Positions 38,325 through 51,289 of a stretch of DNA of 64,000 nucleotides are shown one piece after another. Position numbers and translations under genes: made by a program. This DNA comes from Heterodontus francisci (Eukaryota): contig NC_090395.1 in assembly GCF_036365525.1 (NCBI RefSeq), forward strand, positions 65,807,326 to 65,871,325. The letters are read 5' to 3'. Position 1 is the stretch's first letter; every line of letters begins with the position of its first letter. Below the pieces are notes generated by a model, which worked only from the letters and a program-made list of their open reading frames with translations, was not told the DNA's origin and ran no database searches.

Positions 38325-38648
38325 AATCCGTGTCTGTTCCTGACCTTAGATTTTTATCACCACCAAATGTCTCATGTTCCGGGGGTTCAGTGTCCGTCTC
38401 CTGCAAGTCTGTCCAGGGATCCCTTCCCATTCAGTACACATGGTATGAAAAGATCCCGTCTGAAGATTCAAAGATCTCTGACTCCAGTAAACTTGATCTA
38501 CATTGTCAATCCTTCACTCAGCAACATCATCAATATTACTGCACAGCCTCGAATAATCAGGGAGAAAAATCCAGTGAAATGGTTAATGTGTCAGACATCA
38601 ACAGATCGGGGGAGAGCTGCAGTTATGTGATACAAATCGACAGCATTG
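38325..38648 (+). CDS. Gene B exon 3: C2-type Ig domain (phase 1-1, 324 nt)
   Basis: tttcccgcag|AATCCGTG...AGCATTG|gtaagt; ESVSVPDLRFLSPPNVSCSGGSVSVSCKSVQGSLPIQYTWYEK...QYYCTASNNQGEKSSE. Confidence 0.93.
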
Positions 38649-39794
38649 GTAAGTGTTGGTTTAAACAAACAATGTGGTAACTGATTTTTTAAAAAATAAT
38701 GTCTATCCAAACTTGTCACTGGTTAAATTCCTTCAATCACTCTAAGAAACTTCAACTGGGCAAATTCACTCTATTTGGTCCCTCTGCAGTTATGAACAAG
38801 GACACAGATCTGCATTTTTTTAAGGAAAATGGATGGGATCATAAAATACTGCCAAACCATACATAAATATTGCAGAAACTACAGTAATTCCATGAAATTA
38901 AAATGGAATTTGTTTGACTGAATCTTCATAAACCAATATGCCTGTTTCTAGCAGATGGAACTGTGAAATGCAACCTCCAACTGTTGCGTTCTGGTTTAGG
39001 AAGAATGTCAGGGATGGAGTGTTGAAGAGTTGAACTAAAATGAAACCTGAGGTGAGATTTTAGTTATGAGGTGAGAAACATCAGAACAGATGTTAAGTGA
39101 TATGCTGGAGATATTAAAAAGTATTAGAGGCTTTGATCAGGTAAATTCGGATTAATTCCTTCCACTCGTCAGTGAGGGAGCAACTGAAGGGCATAAATTT
39201 AACATCATCACCAAAAGGACCAGGGAAGAAGTTAATGGAATTCTATTGATGTAAATGGTTGCCAGGACATGGAATGCTGGCTCAAATAAGTGTCAGAAAC
39301 AGAATCAATAATGGCTTTTAAAAGGGAAGGGAAAAGAAGCAAATTTAGGAGGATGTGGGGACAGTACAAGACAATGGGACTAAGTGGGGAGTTCTTTCAG
39401 AGAGTCAGCACAAGAGTGAATTTCCTCCTTCTCTGCTGTAAAATTCTATCATTCCAAATTGTCAGACAAAATCTTAGAACTCCATCTACTAAAAAGTGAT
39501 TTACTCAGTCACCATAAAACAACGATCCTTTTCTGAATTAAGAAGGATCTTGGCCTATTTGAATCTAGTGGTTTAATTTTCTGCAAAGTGGAAACAGCAT
39601 GTTCACCATTGGTTGCGCTGAGAAACATCAAAATGGTCAGCAAACAGAAATGGAGTTTCTCCTGAGCGATAGTACATATAAATTACATACACAAATACTG
39701 ACACTGGCCATGTGCTAATGTGGTTACTTTCTTGAGATGTCAGAGAAGAAGACTGTCAATTGCAGGTAGAAATTGTAAACTGCATTTGAAATGT

Positions 39795-40250
39795 CAGTGT
39801 CAGCAGTGGCTCATTCTGTAGCATTATGCTCTGATGCGATCAGCTTGTGGATCCAAATCACCCTGCAGAGTTATAAATCAGCCAGAAACCACTGCCCAGT
39901 ATTAAGATTGTGCTATGCTGTTGGCTAGATAACACGTTAAACTGAGCATCCATCTATCACCCACCCCAGTCAGATAGATGGAACAGATCCCACGGCACAG
40001 TCCAAGGAAGAATAGGGAAGTTCTCTTGGTGTCCTGGCAAGCATTTGTCCCTCAACTAATGTTACTAGAAAACAGATTATCTAGTGATTTATCTTGTTTC
40101 TGTTTGTGGGATTTTACTGTGTGCAAATTAGCTTCCATGTTTTCCTACAACACAACCATGGCTACACTTCAAATAACTACTTCATAGTCCGTGAAGCACT
40201 TTGGGATATCCTGAGGTTGTGAAAGGTGCTGCATCAATGCAGATTATTTC
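39795..40250 (+). mobile_element. Degraded Deu-SINE
   Basis: Collinear with 63035-63505; a positionally equivalent copy lies at about 11690-12060 in Gene A. Confidence 0.65.
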
Positions 40251-41175
40251 TTACCCTTTGCAACAAATTATTTATTAAAACGTACCTGAGCTAATTATCT
40301 GAGCACTCACTGGAGGTGGGGTGCCTCGCCCACCAGCAATGCAGATCATTATAAGTAATGGACAGAAAATCACTGGCAGGATATCACAATATCCACTGCT
40401 GGTGGGTGAGGTTTCCAGTCACTACAGCAAACTCAGAAAACTGACCCCAAGAGACAGGAAATGACCAGATTAATATTAGCAGGTGACTGTTTAGTATGAT
40501 CATGTGATGTTCATCCGTCTATTATTTTAACAGAAACATTCTTTCAACAGAGAAATGTCATACAAATATTAACTGCTTGGCCACTAATATCTGCAGCAGT
40601 AATTCCTGGTCTGATATTTCCTGATGACATTCTTTTTCCACATCACTCCAGGGCAGAATCGTGTGCTGGGTCCCCAATAATACATTTTCTGGTGTTGGCA
40701 GGGGCCAGCTCTTTGCCTGGAGCTTTCATTTGCGTTTGCACAGGGCAAAAAAGGGGATATCTGGATTGTGGTCTCACCAACCCGAGCCCTTTAATTGCCC
40801 CAATAGTAACTCTGATAGTAACTGTCAGGTATGGGAAAGAAATAGAAATTATCAGTAAAAACAAGTCATTGCCAGGTGTCAGCAGCCTCTCTCCTTGCGA
40901 TCAGAGAGAGGGGAAATTACACAGAAATAAACCATCCAAATTCATTATATTAACCAGGCTTTTCCTCAAGTAATGAAGTTCCATTTGACAATGTTTCCTG
41001 CATTACAACAGTGACTACACTTCAAAAAGTACTTCATTGTCTGCAAAGTGTTTTGAGACGTCCGATGGTTGGGAAAGGCACTATCTAAATGCAAGTCTTT
41101 CTTTCAATGGTGCTCTCTTGGTTGACTACATGTGAAAATAAGATGAATCTGAATGTTATTCCCTTGTTTCAATAG

Positions 41176-41296
41176 GACTGGAATATTTTTGTGAAGTTTC
41201 TTCAACTGTATCACCAACAACTACACATTCTACAAGCACAAATATAATTTCCACTGATTATCGGAACCAATCATCAAAATTAAAACCTGATAAAAG
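41176..41296 (+). CDS. Gene B exon 4: Ser/Thr-rich stalk (phase 1-2, 121 nt)
   Basis: ttgtttcaatag|GACTGGAA...GATAAAAG|gtacaa; GLEYFCEVSSTVSPTTTHSTSTNIISTDYRNQSSKLKPDK. Confidence 0.88.
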
Positions 41297-41813
41297 GTAC
41301 AATGTTCTCATTGCTTGTGTTTTGATTGGCACACCTTCCATGTGGGGGATTAACAATGTTCTTTAACAATTTTGGCATAAGGAGTGAAAATCATTTATTA
41401 TTTTGCAATGTAGCTCATCAGAATGGAAATGGTGGCTGGGTTTACATTATGCTGTTGTGTTAGCTTCTTAACAAAGGTGCTATTTTGGTTGGTGGCAGAT
41501 AAGAACAAGAAGTGAGCACCTCCACTTTGCCACTCATCAGATGGTTACTATTCACCATGATTATTTCACCCCAATCCTAATCTTGTGGTGGGAGATGGGT
41601 TGTAACTGTCAAACTTACCTTATCAATATTCGAAGGTGAGCAGTGCAGTTCTCCCTGGAGGCTTGGCCAATATTTATCCCTTAACTAACACCACTAAATA
41701 AAGCAGATTATCTTGTCATTATCACTTCTTTATTTCTGGGACCTTGCTGTGTGTAAATTAGCACCCATGTTTCCTACATTACAAAAGTAACTACATTTCA
41801 AAATTGCTTCATT

Positions 41814-42486
41814 GGGCAGATTTTACAATGAGCGGGGGGGTGGGGGTGGGGACCCGTCCACCAACCCATCAGAAAGTCAGTGACGATCCTGCCTCCTCTG
41901 GGCCCGGGGATCCAGACTGGATTTTAGAGTCCCAGACCCATCCTTGAGGCAGGAAGTCCTCCCTAATGGAGCTGCCAGCCAATCAGCGGGGTGTAGTGCC
42001 AACAATGGCCACCACTTGCAGTGGTGCTGCTGGGACTACACCCAACTGCAGGATGATGATGAAGGACGGCCCTGGAAAAAAGGTAAGTTTTTGGGGCCTC
42101 ATCGGGGGCAATCAGTCAGAGCCCCGGTGAGGCAAGTGGGGTCGGTTAGGAGGTGTGGGGGGGCGTGTTGTGGATTGGGGTTGGGTCGGGGCACAGGATG
42201 CCCAATCAGGCCGCCTAGTTTTATCAGGCAGGTTTTGAGACCTCAGCCACTCGCCAGTCAAATATAAAATCCCAATGGCCGCAGGTGGAGGCCCTTAAGT
42301 GGCAGTTAATTGGCCTTGGGGCCATTTCTCACCGCTGCCACCCTGTGTAAATTGGCAGCAAAGGCAGAGGCAGGTCGGGAAGGGCCCCCCAGCCTTCCAC
42401 TCCGTTTTACGCTCCTACCCCCTCTTCCACCCATCCCCCCACCCCTGCCACCAGCCCGTTCTTTTGGGGGGCGTAAAATTCTGGCC
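41814..42486. mobile_element. Harbinger-type MITE inserted in a Deu-SINE tail
   Basis: Terminal inverted repeats GGGCAGATTTTAC / GTAAAATTCTGGCC with a 3-bp ATT duplication; the flanks rejoin as CTTCATTGTCTATAAAGTGCTTTGGG (SINE tail). Confidence 0.8.
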
Positions 42487-42617
42487 ATTGTCTATAAAGT
42501 GCTTTGGGCCATCCTGAGATCGTGAAAGGCACTGTATAAATGTAAAACTTTCTTTAAACAAATAGCCAAGAATTATATTGTGAACCAGCACTGACCCTTT
42601 CCTGTTCTCTGTCACAG

Positions 42618-42706
42618 CCTGCTTTACATTGTGCTTGGTGTGCTGGCGGTCTTTCTTGTTGTGTTCGCTGTTTCTCTACTTTTGTACCTGAGGCAATTCA
42701 AAAAAG
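42618..42706 (+). CDS. Gene B exon 5: uncharged transmembrane segment (phase 2-1, 89 nt)
   Basis: ctctgtcacag|C CTG CTT TAC...AAA AAA G|gtgagt reads (S)LLYIVLGVLAVFLVVFAVSLLLYLRQFKK(G). Confidence 0.92.
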
Positions 42707-42921
42707 GTGAGTTTGTTTTCTTTAATCATTTCATTATACATCAATAGCTTGCGGAAGAATATGAAGAGAACAGAGTTTATTGTACTCAACACCTACAATT
42801 GTAAGATTCTGTACGTTCTCATCTACATATATCAAAAACGGAAGAATAATTAAGTTGTTCGGGTTGTGAGGTAACAGCAAATATTTTCCTGAACTCTGGT
42901 GGAAGTAAAATTCAACAAGAC

Positions 42922-43730
42922 ATTAGACAATGTCCCAGACACCGCCATCACCATCCCTGGGTATGTCCTGTCCCACCGGCAGGACAGGCCCAGCAGAGGT
43001 GGTGGCACAGCGGTATACAGTTGGGAGGGAGTTGCCCTGGGAGTCCTCAACTCTGGACCCTATGAGGTCTCATGGCATCAGGTCAAACATGGGCAAGGAA
43101 ACCTCCTGCTGATTACCACCTACCGCCCCACCCCCCACCCCCCACAGCTGATGAATCAATACTCCTCCATGTTGAACTCCACTTGGAGGAAGCACTGGGG
43201 ATGGTGAGGGCACAGAATGTACTCTGGGTGGGGAACTTCAATGTCCATCACCAACAGTGGCTCGGTCGCACCACTACTGACCAAGCTAGCCAAGTCCTAA
43301 AGAACATAGCTACTAGACTGGGTTTGTGGCAGGTGGTGAGGGAACCAACAAGAGGGAAAACATACTTGACCTCGTCCTCACCAATCTGCCTGTCACAGAT
43401 ACATCTGTCCATGACAGCATTGATAGGAGTGACCTCCGCACAGTCCTTGTGGAGACGAAGTCCCGTCTTCACATTGAGGATACCCTCCATTGTGTTGTGT
43501 GATACTACCATCGTGCTAAATGGGATAGACTTTGAACAGATCTAGCAATGCAAAACTGGGCATCCATGAGGCGCTGTGGGCTACCAGCAGCAGCAGAATT
43601 GTACTCAATCACAATCTGTAACCTCATGGCCCAGCATTTATTTTAATTTGTTCATGGAATGTAGGTGTCGTTGGCTAGGCCAGCATTTATTGCCCATCCC
43701 TAATTTCCCTTGAGAAGGTGGTGGTGAGCT
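42922..43730. mobile_element. Family-B LINE EN fragment (+) abutting an inverted 3' tail fragment (-)
   Basis: 42922-43636 matches about 18455-19155; 43640-43730 is the reverse complement of the LINE tail. Confidence 0.8.
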
Positions 43731-43995
43731 AAATTTCTCTAATTTGACCCAAATTGTAATAAGTTGCAGTCAAATACAGGACCGATATTTCCTCAAGAGA
43801 ACTTACTAGGGAATCAGATGTCCAATATTGGAATGTTTACTAAAGCAGTTTCTAGATTCTCTGTGGGACTGGTAATAAGAATAAAATCTAATTCTGTTTA
43901 GCTTCTCTTCGTAATATTGATCCACGTAAGAAGTAGCCAATTCTTCCCCTAGTCATATGAGAGGAAATCTTTCAGTTAAGTAATCATTCAGTAAA

Positions 43996-44720
43996 TAGGG
44001 CCCGACCAAATTCACGGCTGTGAAAACTGCTTCACGGATCATAAAATCTCAGGTCCGCTGGGAAATTGGCCATTTTGCGAACTTCGAGTATTTACTGATT
44101 GACACAAGAAACCCGCTGATCACTTTACAAAGTGGACAGGGAGCTCAGAAAATCATCAGTTGATTACAATGGAACTTGTAGATGCTTTGACAAGCGCCAA
44201 CATACCACTGGAAAAACTTGATCACCCAAAGCTGCGGGTATTCATTCAATGTAATGCGCAAAATTGTGGCTGCTTGCTAAGCGCAAATTAATGATGACAG
44301 GTCTACCGACCAAAGGTTTTCGCGACACTTTGTGAGGAGATGAAGTCTCAGATTGTGAGGAGGCATGTGAGCCTTTTGCAATTATTTGTGATGAGTCCAT
44401 CAATGCACAATGCAACTATGTGCTGCATGTTTTGTTTGATTTTATGTCTGGTAAGGCCGAAGATGTACAGTCAGGAAAGCTCACAACAGTGCTCACAAAC
44501 TGTGTCCACATAGAAGCTGTGCTGTTAATTACAGCAGTTTCCCAAATGATAATAAAAACCGTTTCAAAATACCGTGCAGATTTCAATAAAGTGCCTGCTT
44601 TCATTAGTGACAATGCAACTGTATGAGTGCATGCAGTATATTAATCAAATTCCTGTCAGCAGAATGGAATGGGTGAATGACTGCCTTAAAATCAAGCCAG
44701 CATGAATTTGCTAAGAGCAT
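43996..44720 (+). mobile_element. hAT transposon fossil with CGGBP1-like transposase remnant
   Basis: Begins TAGGGCCCGACCAAATTCACGG (TIR-like). From 44169: MELVDALTSANIPLEKLDHPKLRVFIQ...***QVYRPKVF, then AIICDES and AFISDNAT (hAT catalytic-Asp motifs). Right end is uncertain. Confidence 0.75.
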
Positions 44721-47626
44721 CCTGAGCATTCTTACAAAAAAAACTTGCAGATCAAAAAATTTTCCCTGTGATAACAACTGTGGAAAAAAAAGCTTTGTAT
44801 GGCAGTAATCTGAAGCTAAATCCAGATGTGAAATCCCAAAGACTGAGCCCTAAATATGACATGTGCTGGCTGGGATGTTCCAACAAGTTAATTTGAGCAG
44901 AGGCAGCACTACAAAGGTTTATAATGTCTGATTTAAAACCACAATCTTATAATTTTTCACCCACTCGGGAGAATTTTATGCTCTCCCCTGCGGTGACTTT
45001 GGAGGTGGGAGAGTGCATAATCGGGCGGAATGGTGGCGGGGGGAGCAACCCCGTCACCTTCCTGCCTCCACCCAAATTAAATTGGGCGGGAAGGCCCATG
45101 GACGGCCTTCCACCCTGCCGTCAACTGAGGCCCTTAAGTGGGCAATTAATGGCAGTGTGTTTGCTGGTGACCAAGACCCCTGTCGCCGAGATAAAATCCA
45201 GCTCGTGTTACTATGATTTTTTTTTAAATTTAAGGTCATTCATTTTGAAGCATTTGTAGACTTGAGAGGAAGAGGGTGTGTAAACAGTGTTGCATCTCAT
45301 TGCAGATGGTGCAATAACAGGAGGTTTGTCCACTTGACCGTGTTTCACAACTCTTCACTTCCAGAAAGAGCACAGGATTACCTGAATTCTAGTAGAAACT
45401 ATCCCCTAACTCTATCATTAGGAGACAGTTGTTTAAATGTGTTGATTTATTAAATATGGTCTTAATGTTATCACGATAATCACACAAATTTACAGTCATC
45501 CTTGCGCATACATAGGCTGAATTTAATGAGACGGCCACCCGTCCTGATTGCGGGCCCGAAAATGGGTGCCATTCCAGTCCATCATATGGGCGGCATGGCC
45601 ACCACAATCACGTGACGGGCGACCATTTTGCACGGTGGCGATGTAGGCCCCGCCCCCAACAAACCATGTGGTGGGGGCGGGAGACAGGTCACTGATTACG
45701 ACGTCAGATGACTCTGATGCAGGTGCTGGCACCATATTTAAAAGCCTGCCAGCCCCGCATTCACTCCTGCTTTAGAGTCATCAGCAGCTTTGTGCAGCTT
45801 TAAACTTGGCATGACCGGTTCCTGTATTCCACCCCCACGCCAACCCCTGAGGAGGACTGCACAGGATGGCCGAGGGAAGACGAAGGGTGGCACTATGGTT
45901 CAGTGATGCCTCCCTGCAGATTCTCCTGCAGATTGCAAGGGAAGGGTTCTCCTCCCCTGTGATGGCAAGAAGAGGTCCTCCTGCCTGACCAAGCAAACCT
46001 GAGTGGAGATCGCAGAGGTCAGCGGCCGTGGGCTCACCAACCGGCGCTGGGTGCAGTGACGAAAGAGAGTCAATGATCTCCTGCATTCTGTCCAGGTGAG
46101 TGCTCCATACCACTCTCCTTTTTGGGGATTGCATGTGATCATGCAGGAGGGTGCACGACATGGGAAGGGTGGCACTACCATGGCGATGGCAGAGGGGCTA
46201 GGGTATTACCTCATCCTGACAGATGCATGGCTGCATCTCGGCCACAGGCCATCTTCCTTCATAACTCACCCCATTAACTCTCCTGACTGCATGTGTCGGC
46301 ATGAGATATATCAGATCCCCCAGAAGGGGATGAGGAGCTGACAGAAGCAGAAATGTCATGTTGATCTCTCTGCCAATTTCTACTATCTCCATCCTTCCTC
46401 TTGCAGGACAAGAAGACCCACAACAGGAGGGAGACTGCCCGGACTGGCGGAGAAGCTCCGGATCTGCGTCCTCTCACCACTGCTGGAGAAGTGGCCTTGG
46501 AGCTGGTGGGGACCCAGGGTGGCCGCGCAATCCTGGACAAAGAGACTGGAGCCTCTGTTTAAGAGTGAGGATTGATTTCCAGCAACATACTCATCACTTT
46601 TGTAGACCCACGTCACACATAGTTGGCATGACGAGATCTGCACAGCCTAACCCACACATGTCATGCAGGTAGGTGTGCGCAGGAGACTGCAGCTATAGGG
46701 AACAGTCATCTACCTCTGAGGAGGAGGACCACTCAGAGGATGCACCATCCCATTACTCTGCTGCACCTTCCACCATCGCAGATACTTTCACCTCGGTGGG
46801 TAACTACTTGGCTTTAGAATCAGGGTCACAGCTGGTGAGAGCACCACGCACATGCCCGAGCAGCTGGCAAAGGCTGAGACAGCCGAAGCCTCCAACAGTC
46901 AGAGGACTGTGAGTGGCCAGGCCCATGCTGAGTCCTAGGCTGCTGACAAGCCTTCTGGTGTCAACAACACAGGGCACGCTGGAATTGCAAACAGGGGTAA
47001 AGCAACAGATGCCAGAGGGCATGCGCAGCCATGAGCAGACAATGGAGGATTCCATCTATGCCATGAGTGCTGACATATCTCAGGCATGTGAGCACAATCA
47101 AGAGGTTGGCGACCCTCATGGAGCGCCAGATTCCAGATGCACAAAAACCTGTACATCATCGCCTTGGCCATGCGCTCAATGCAGCAGTGGCAAGGCGAGA
47201 GAAGGAACAGCAGCCTGGAGACTTCTCCCACTCCTCGACCTTCTCTGGTGAGAAGAGAGGTTCAAGTGAGCCTTGAAAGGGAGGAAGAGAGGCTGACCTT
47301 CACAGCTGGGGGCTCCCCTCAGGATGCTCTGAGTGGGGACACCAGATCCTCAGTCCCTCTGCCAGTGATCCCAGCTCCAGCAGCTGCGATGCCTGAGGAG
47401 AGCCCTGCACCAGTGCAGGAAACCCTCAGGCAGCCGCGGCCTTCCAGGCCTCAGGCAGCCAGAGGACGCCTACCAAAGTCATCACAGGCCAAGGGGCAGC
47501 CTGATCAGCAGCCTGCCTCCAGCCCAGCTGCTGTCGCAGGGGTCACACCGCATTGGAGAATTTGCTAATGTATTAAGACCACCTAACCACACTTGGGGAC
47601 TCATGGGTGTAGGAAATATGTAATGT

Positions 47627-48081
47627 AGCCGCATGGAAGATGGCAGGATCCCCAAAGACACATTGTACAGCGAGCTCGCCACTGGTATCAGACCCACCGG
47701 CCGTCCATGTCTCCGTTATAAAGACGTCTGCAAACGCGACATGAAATCGTGTGACATTGATCACAAGTCGTGGGAGTCAGTTGCCAGCATTCGCCAGAGC
47801 TGGCGGGCAGCCATAAAGACAGGGCTAAATTGTGGCGAGTCGAAGAGACTTAGTAGTTGGCAGGAAAAAAGACAGAGGCGCAAGGGGAGAGCCAACTGTG
47901 CAACAGCCCCAACAAACAAATTTCTCTGCAGCACCTGTGGAAGAGCCTGTCACTCCAGAATTGGCCTTTATAGCCACTCCAGGCGCTGCTTCACAAACCA
48001 CTGACCACCTCCAGGCGCGTATCCATTGTCTCTCGAGATAAGGAGGCCCAAAAGAAAAAGAAAGAAAAAAGAAAAAAAGAA
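47627..48081 (+). mobile_element. RTE 3' fragment inserted in the Harbinger element
   Basis: ORF 47633-48004 MEDGRIPKDTLYSEL...CSTCGRACHSRIGLYSH; A/G-rich tail. Confidence 0.9.
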
Positions 48082-49196
48082 GTGATTAATTAAAAGGTCT
48101 TTTGTGCAATTCATTGGCAATCATTGTCTGAATGGCATTTTCCATTATGCCTTAAGTGTGAGCTACTAACCTCCCCCTTTCCCCTTCGTGCAATGCCAAT
48201 GTGACCAGATGGGCACTGGCACACAATGCAGCTGGTCGCAATCAAGCATCACAAATGAAAAGGAGGTGACAGACTACATACTTTATTGGATTCTCTGTGA
48301 GTGGACATCAGGGAGGCTGGAAGCAGGTGATTACGAGCTTGTTTCTTGCCTCCTTGGCACATTGCTCAATCTGTCTGGCCTTCAGTGCAAGGTCTTCACC
48401 ATCCATTGCTGCTTGCCCCTCTCCCTCCTCTGCATCCTCCTCGTTGGTGGAGGAGTGTCACTCAGGCATCTCATCGTATTTCAAGGCCTCCCCCCTCTGC
48501 AGTACTAGATTGTGCAGAGCACAGCTGACCACAACGATACATGAGACCCTCGCTGGGGCATACTGCAGGGCTCCACTGGATCAAACGAGGCAGCAGAATC
48601 TCATTGTCAGCAACTCAATGGCTTGCTCGATGGTTGCTCAGGTGGGGCTGTGGCAAGTGTTGTATCTCTCCTCTACTGCATTGCAAGGGTTTCATACAGG
48701 CGTAAGAAGCCAAGTCTTCAATGGGTAGCCCTTGTCCCCGAGAATTCATCTTGAAGGCGAGCAGGGGGATTGAAAATCTGTGCCACCGGGGATTGTCAAA
48801 GTATGTAGGCATCATGGCTGCTTCCCGGGAAGTGGACACACACATGCAGGAAATGCTTTTGGTGGTCACAGACCAGTTGACCAATGATTGAATGGAAGCT
48901 CTTCCTGATGAAGGTGGCTGGCTGGTCCATCGGAGGCGCCGCATCATGCCAAGGGGTCCAAATATTCAGCATTTATGAGACCAATGCCAGGTGACCTGTG
49001 GGCCTGCAGATCACTGTCCATGCAGAGATGGCCTCGCCTTGACAACTGAGCTTTTGGTAATTCTCACAGCGAAGTCCCTGATGGCCCTCAGAGCCCAACC
49101 TTGCTGATGGCTGACCCTCTCTTTCAGCTATATGAGGGACCAAACATATCACACAGCAGTTTGGTAACACAATACAGCCCTCCCAAATGCACACTA

Positions 49197-49500
49197 ACCC
49201 TTGAGGAACCCTTGAGACTCCGAACACCCTTGCAGAGACCTTGACATGCCAAACCCCATTGCAGAGCCCCGAAACTCCAAACCCCTTTGCAGAGTTCCCG
49301 AGAATCCGAACCCCCTTGCAGAGCCCCCAAAACCCCGAAACCCCTTGCAGAGCCCCCAAAATTCCAAACCCGCTTGCAGAGCCTCCAAGACCCTGAAACC
49401 CCTTGCAGAGTTTCGGAGACCTCAAAACCCCTAGCAGAGCCCCCGAGACCCCGAAACCCCTTGTAACAACCCTGAGACCCCAAAAACCCTTGCAGAGCAC
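49197..49500. repeat. Minisatellite, about 11 copies of a 29-bp unit
   Basis: CCCTTGCAGAG core recurs at about 49227, 49256, 49284, 49313, 49342, 49371, 49400, 49429, 49458 and 49487. Confidence 0.85.
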
Positions 49501-49717
49501 ACAGCAACACAGTCTGACAAGGGCCTCCAAACCTGCACCCCTCCCCCAACCTTCCTCTATGCAGCAATGCTCAGGGCTGCCTCCCCGTCATTGCAACAAA
49601 GCCTCTCACTTCAGTGCCACCAGGTTTTAACAGTCAGGAACTCGAAGGCACGTGAGTGCCGCCCACCATTCACTAAATCAAGGGCCAATCATTAAATCTG
49701 GAATAATTAGATTTAAA

Positions 49718-50530
49718 ATCCAGGCTTGTGCTGATAAGTGGCAAGTAACATTCGCACCACACAAGTGCCAGGCAATGATCATCTTCAACAAGAGATAATC
49801 TAACCATCTCCCCTTGACATTCAATGGCATTACCATCGCTGAATCTCCTACTATCAACATCCTGGGGGTCACCATTGACCAGAAACTGAACTGGAGTAGC
49901 CATATAAATACCGTGGCTACAAGAGCAGGTTAGAGGCTAGGAATCCTGCGGCGAGTAACTCACCTCCTGACTCCCCAAATCCTGTCCACCATCTACAAGG
50001 CACAAGTCAGGAGTGTGATGGAATTCTCTCCACTTGTCTGGATGGGTGCAGCACCAACAGCACTCAAGAAGCTCGACACCATTCAGGACAGAGCAGCCCG
50101 CTTGACTGGCACCCCATCCACAAACATTCACTCCCTCCACAACCGATGCACAGTGGCAGCAGTGTGTACCATCTACAAAATGCACTGCAGCAACGCACCA
50201 AGGCTCCTTAGACAGCGCCTTCCAAATCCGCGATCTATACCAACTAGAAGGACAAGGGCAGCAAATGCATAAGAATACCACCACCTGCAAGTTCCCCTCC
50301 ACGTCACACACCATCCTGACTTGGAACTATATCGCCTTTCCTTCACTGTCGCTGGGTCAAAATCCTGGAACTCCCTTCCTAACACCCACAGTGGGTGCAC
50401 CTACCTCCCATGGACTGCAGTGGTTCAAGAAGGCAGCTCACCACCACCTTCTCAAGGGCAATTAGGGATGGGCAATAAATGCTGGCATAGCCAGCGACGC
50501 CCACATCCCATGAATTAATAAAATAAATAA
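49718..50530 (+). mobile_element. Family-B LINE 3' fragment inside the Harbinger element
   Basis: Collinear with 9945-10750, including the tail. Confidence 0.88.
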
Positions 50531-51289
50531 ATGCATTTAAAGAAAGTTGCTCAGCAATTTAAAATAGCTTCCCGTCACATCGGGGTGGCAATGTCGCCTT
50601 GGTGCTTTCCCACCGCTGACAAAATCTGGGACCGACATCAGGACGTCAGATTTCCAGGTGGACGATTCTGATGTGATTCGCCATCCTCCCACGCTACCAT
50701 TTCAGCCTTAAATGGCCACATTAAATTCTGCCCACAAACAATATGTTAACAAAAAAATTGTTGCATTTTCTCTTTTTTTTGTTACCTCATATTTTCTTCC
50801 TTTTCGCTTCTTGTTTAATAGAGATTTTTTATGTTATGAATGACTCTGATCGTGCGAATAGGGAAAAATGAATTCTTCTGATTGGGGAGTCAGTGACGAG
50901 GGGTCATCAATTTAAAATTTTTACCAGGAGAGCAAGGAAAAAGGTTAGGAGAAGTTTCTTTATTCAGAATATAAAGGCTTTGTTACAAGGAACAGGAGAG
51001 ACTTCTGGACTTTTTAAGGGGAATTAAGATAATGATTTGAAGCAAAGGAAGATATAGGGCATTAAAGAGCAAATAAATGCATTCGTTTTCAATTGGCCCT
51101 GCAAAGAGCTGTCACAAACAGTTATGGTTCTCTGAGACAAATGCTATTCATGGACCAACAAGGTTTTCCGTTGCGGATACATTTCCTGAGCTTGCTGAGA
51201 TGACAACCTTTCTCATTTCTCCCAGCTGCACATAGAGAAACAACAGGTCGCTTTTATTCCGCTGGCCAGGTTCCCGGCTGTGGGCCAGA

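Larger units (their letters stand above)
45514..50733. mobile_element. Decayed PIF/Harbinger transposon with both TIRs and convergent Myb/SANT (+) and transposase (-) genes
   Basis: TIRs AGGCTGAATTTAATG (45514-45528) and CATTAAATTCTGCCC (50719-50733). + strand 45866-46095: MAEGRRRVALWFSDASLQILL...VEIAEV...WVQ*RKRVNDLL with retained splice sites. - strand 48500-48915: SFHSIIGQLVCD, FPGSSHDAYIL, ILGDKGYPLKTWLLTP, TIEQAIELL. Confidence 0.85.

Noticed and set aside
42922-43730. Twin-priming 5' inversion of a LINE
   Set aside because: The inverted piece lies on the tail side, which does not fit twin priming; two insertions plus a deletion is simpler.
49197-49500. CRISPR-like periodic repeat
   Set aside because: Eukaryotic context, and the intervening segments are themselves homologous rather than unique spacers.
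48973-49567. 185-aa and 147-aa Gly-rich ORFs
   Set aside because: By-products of the 29-bp minisatellite.
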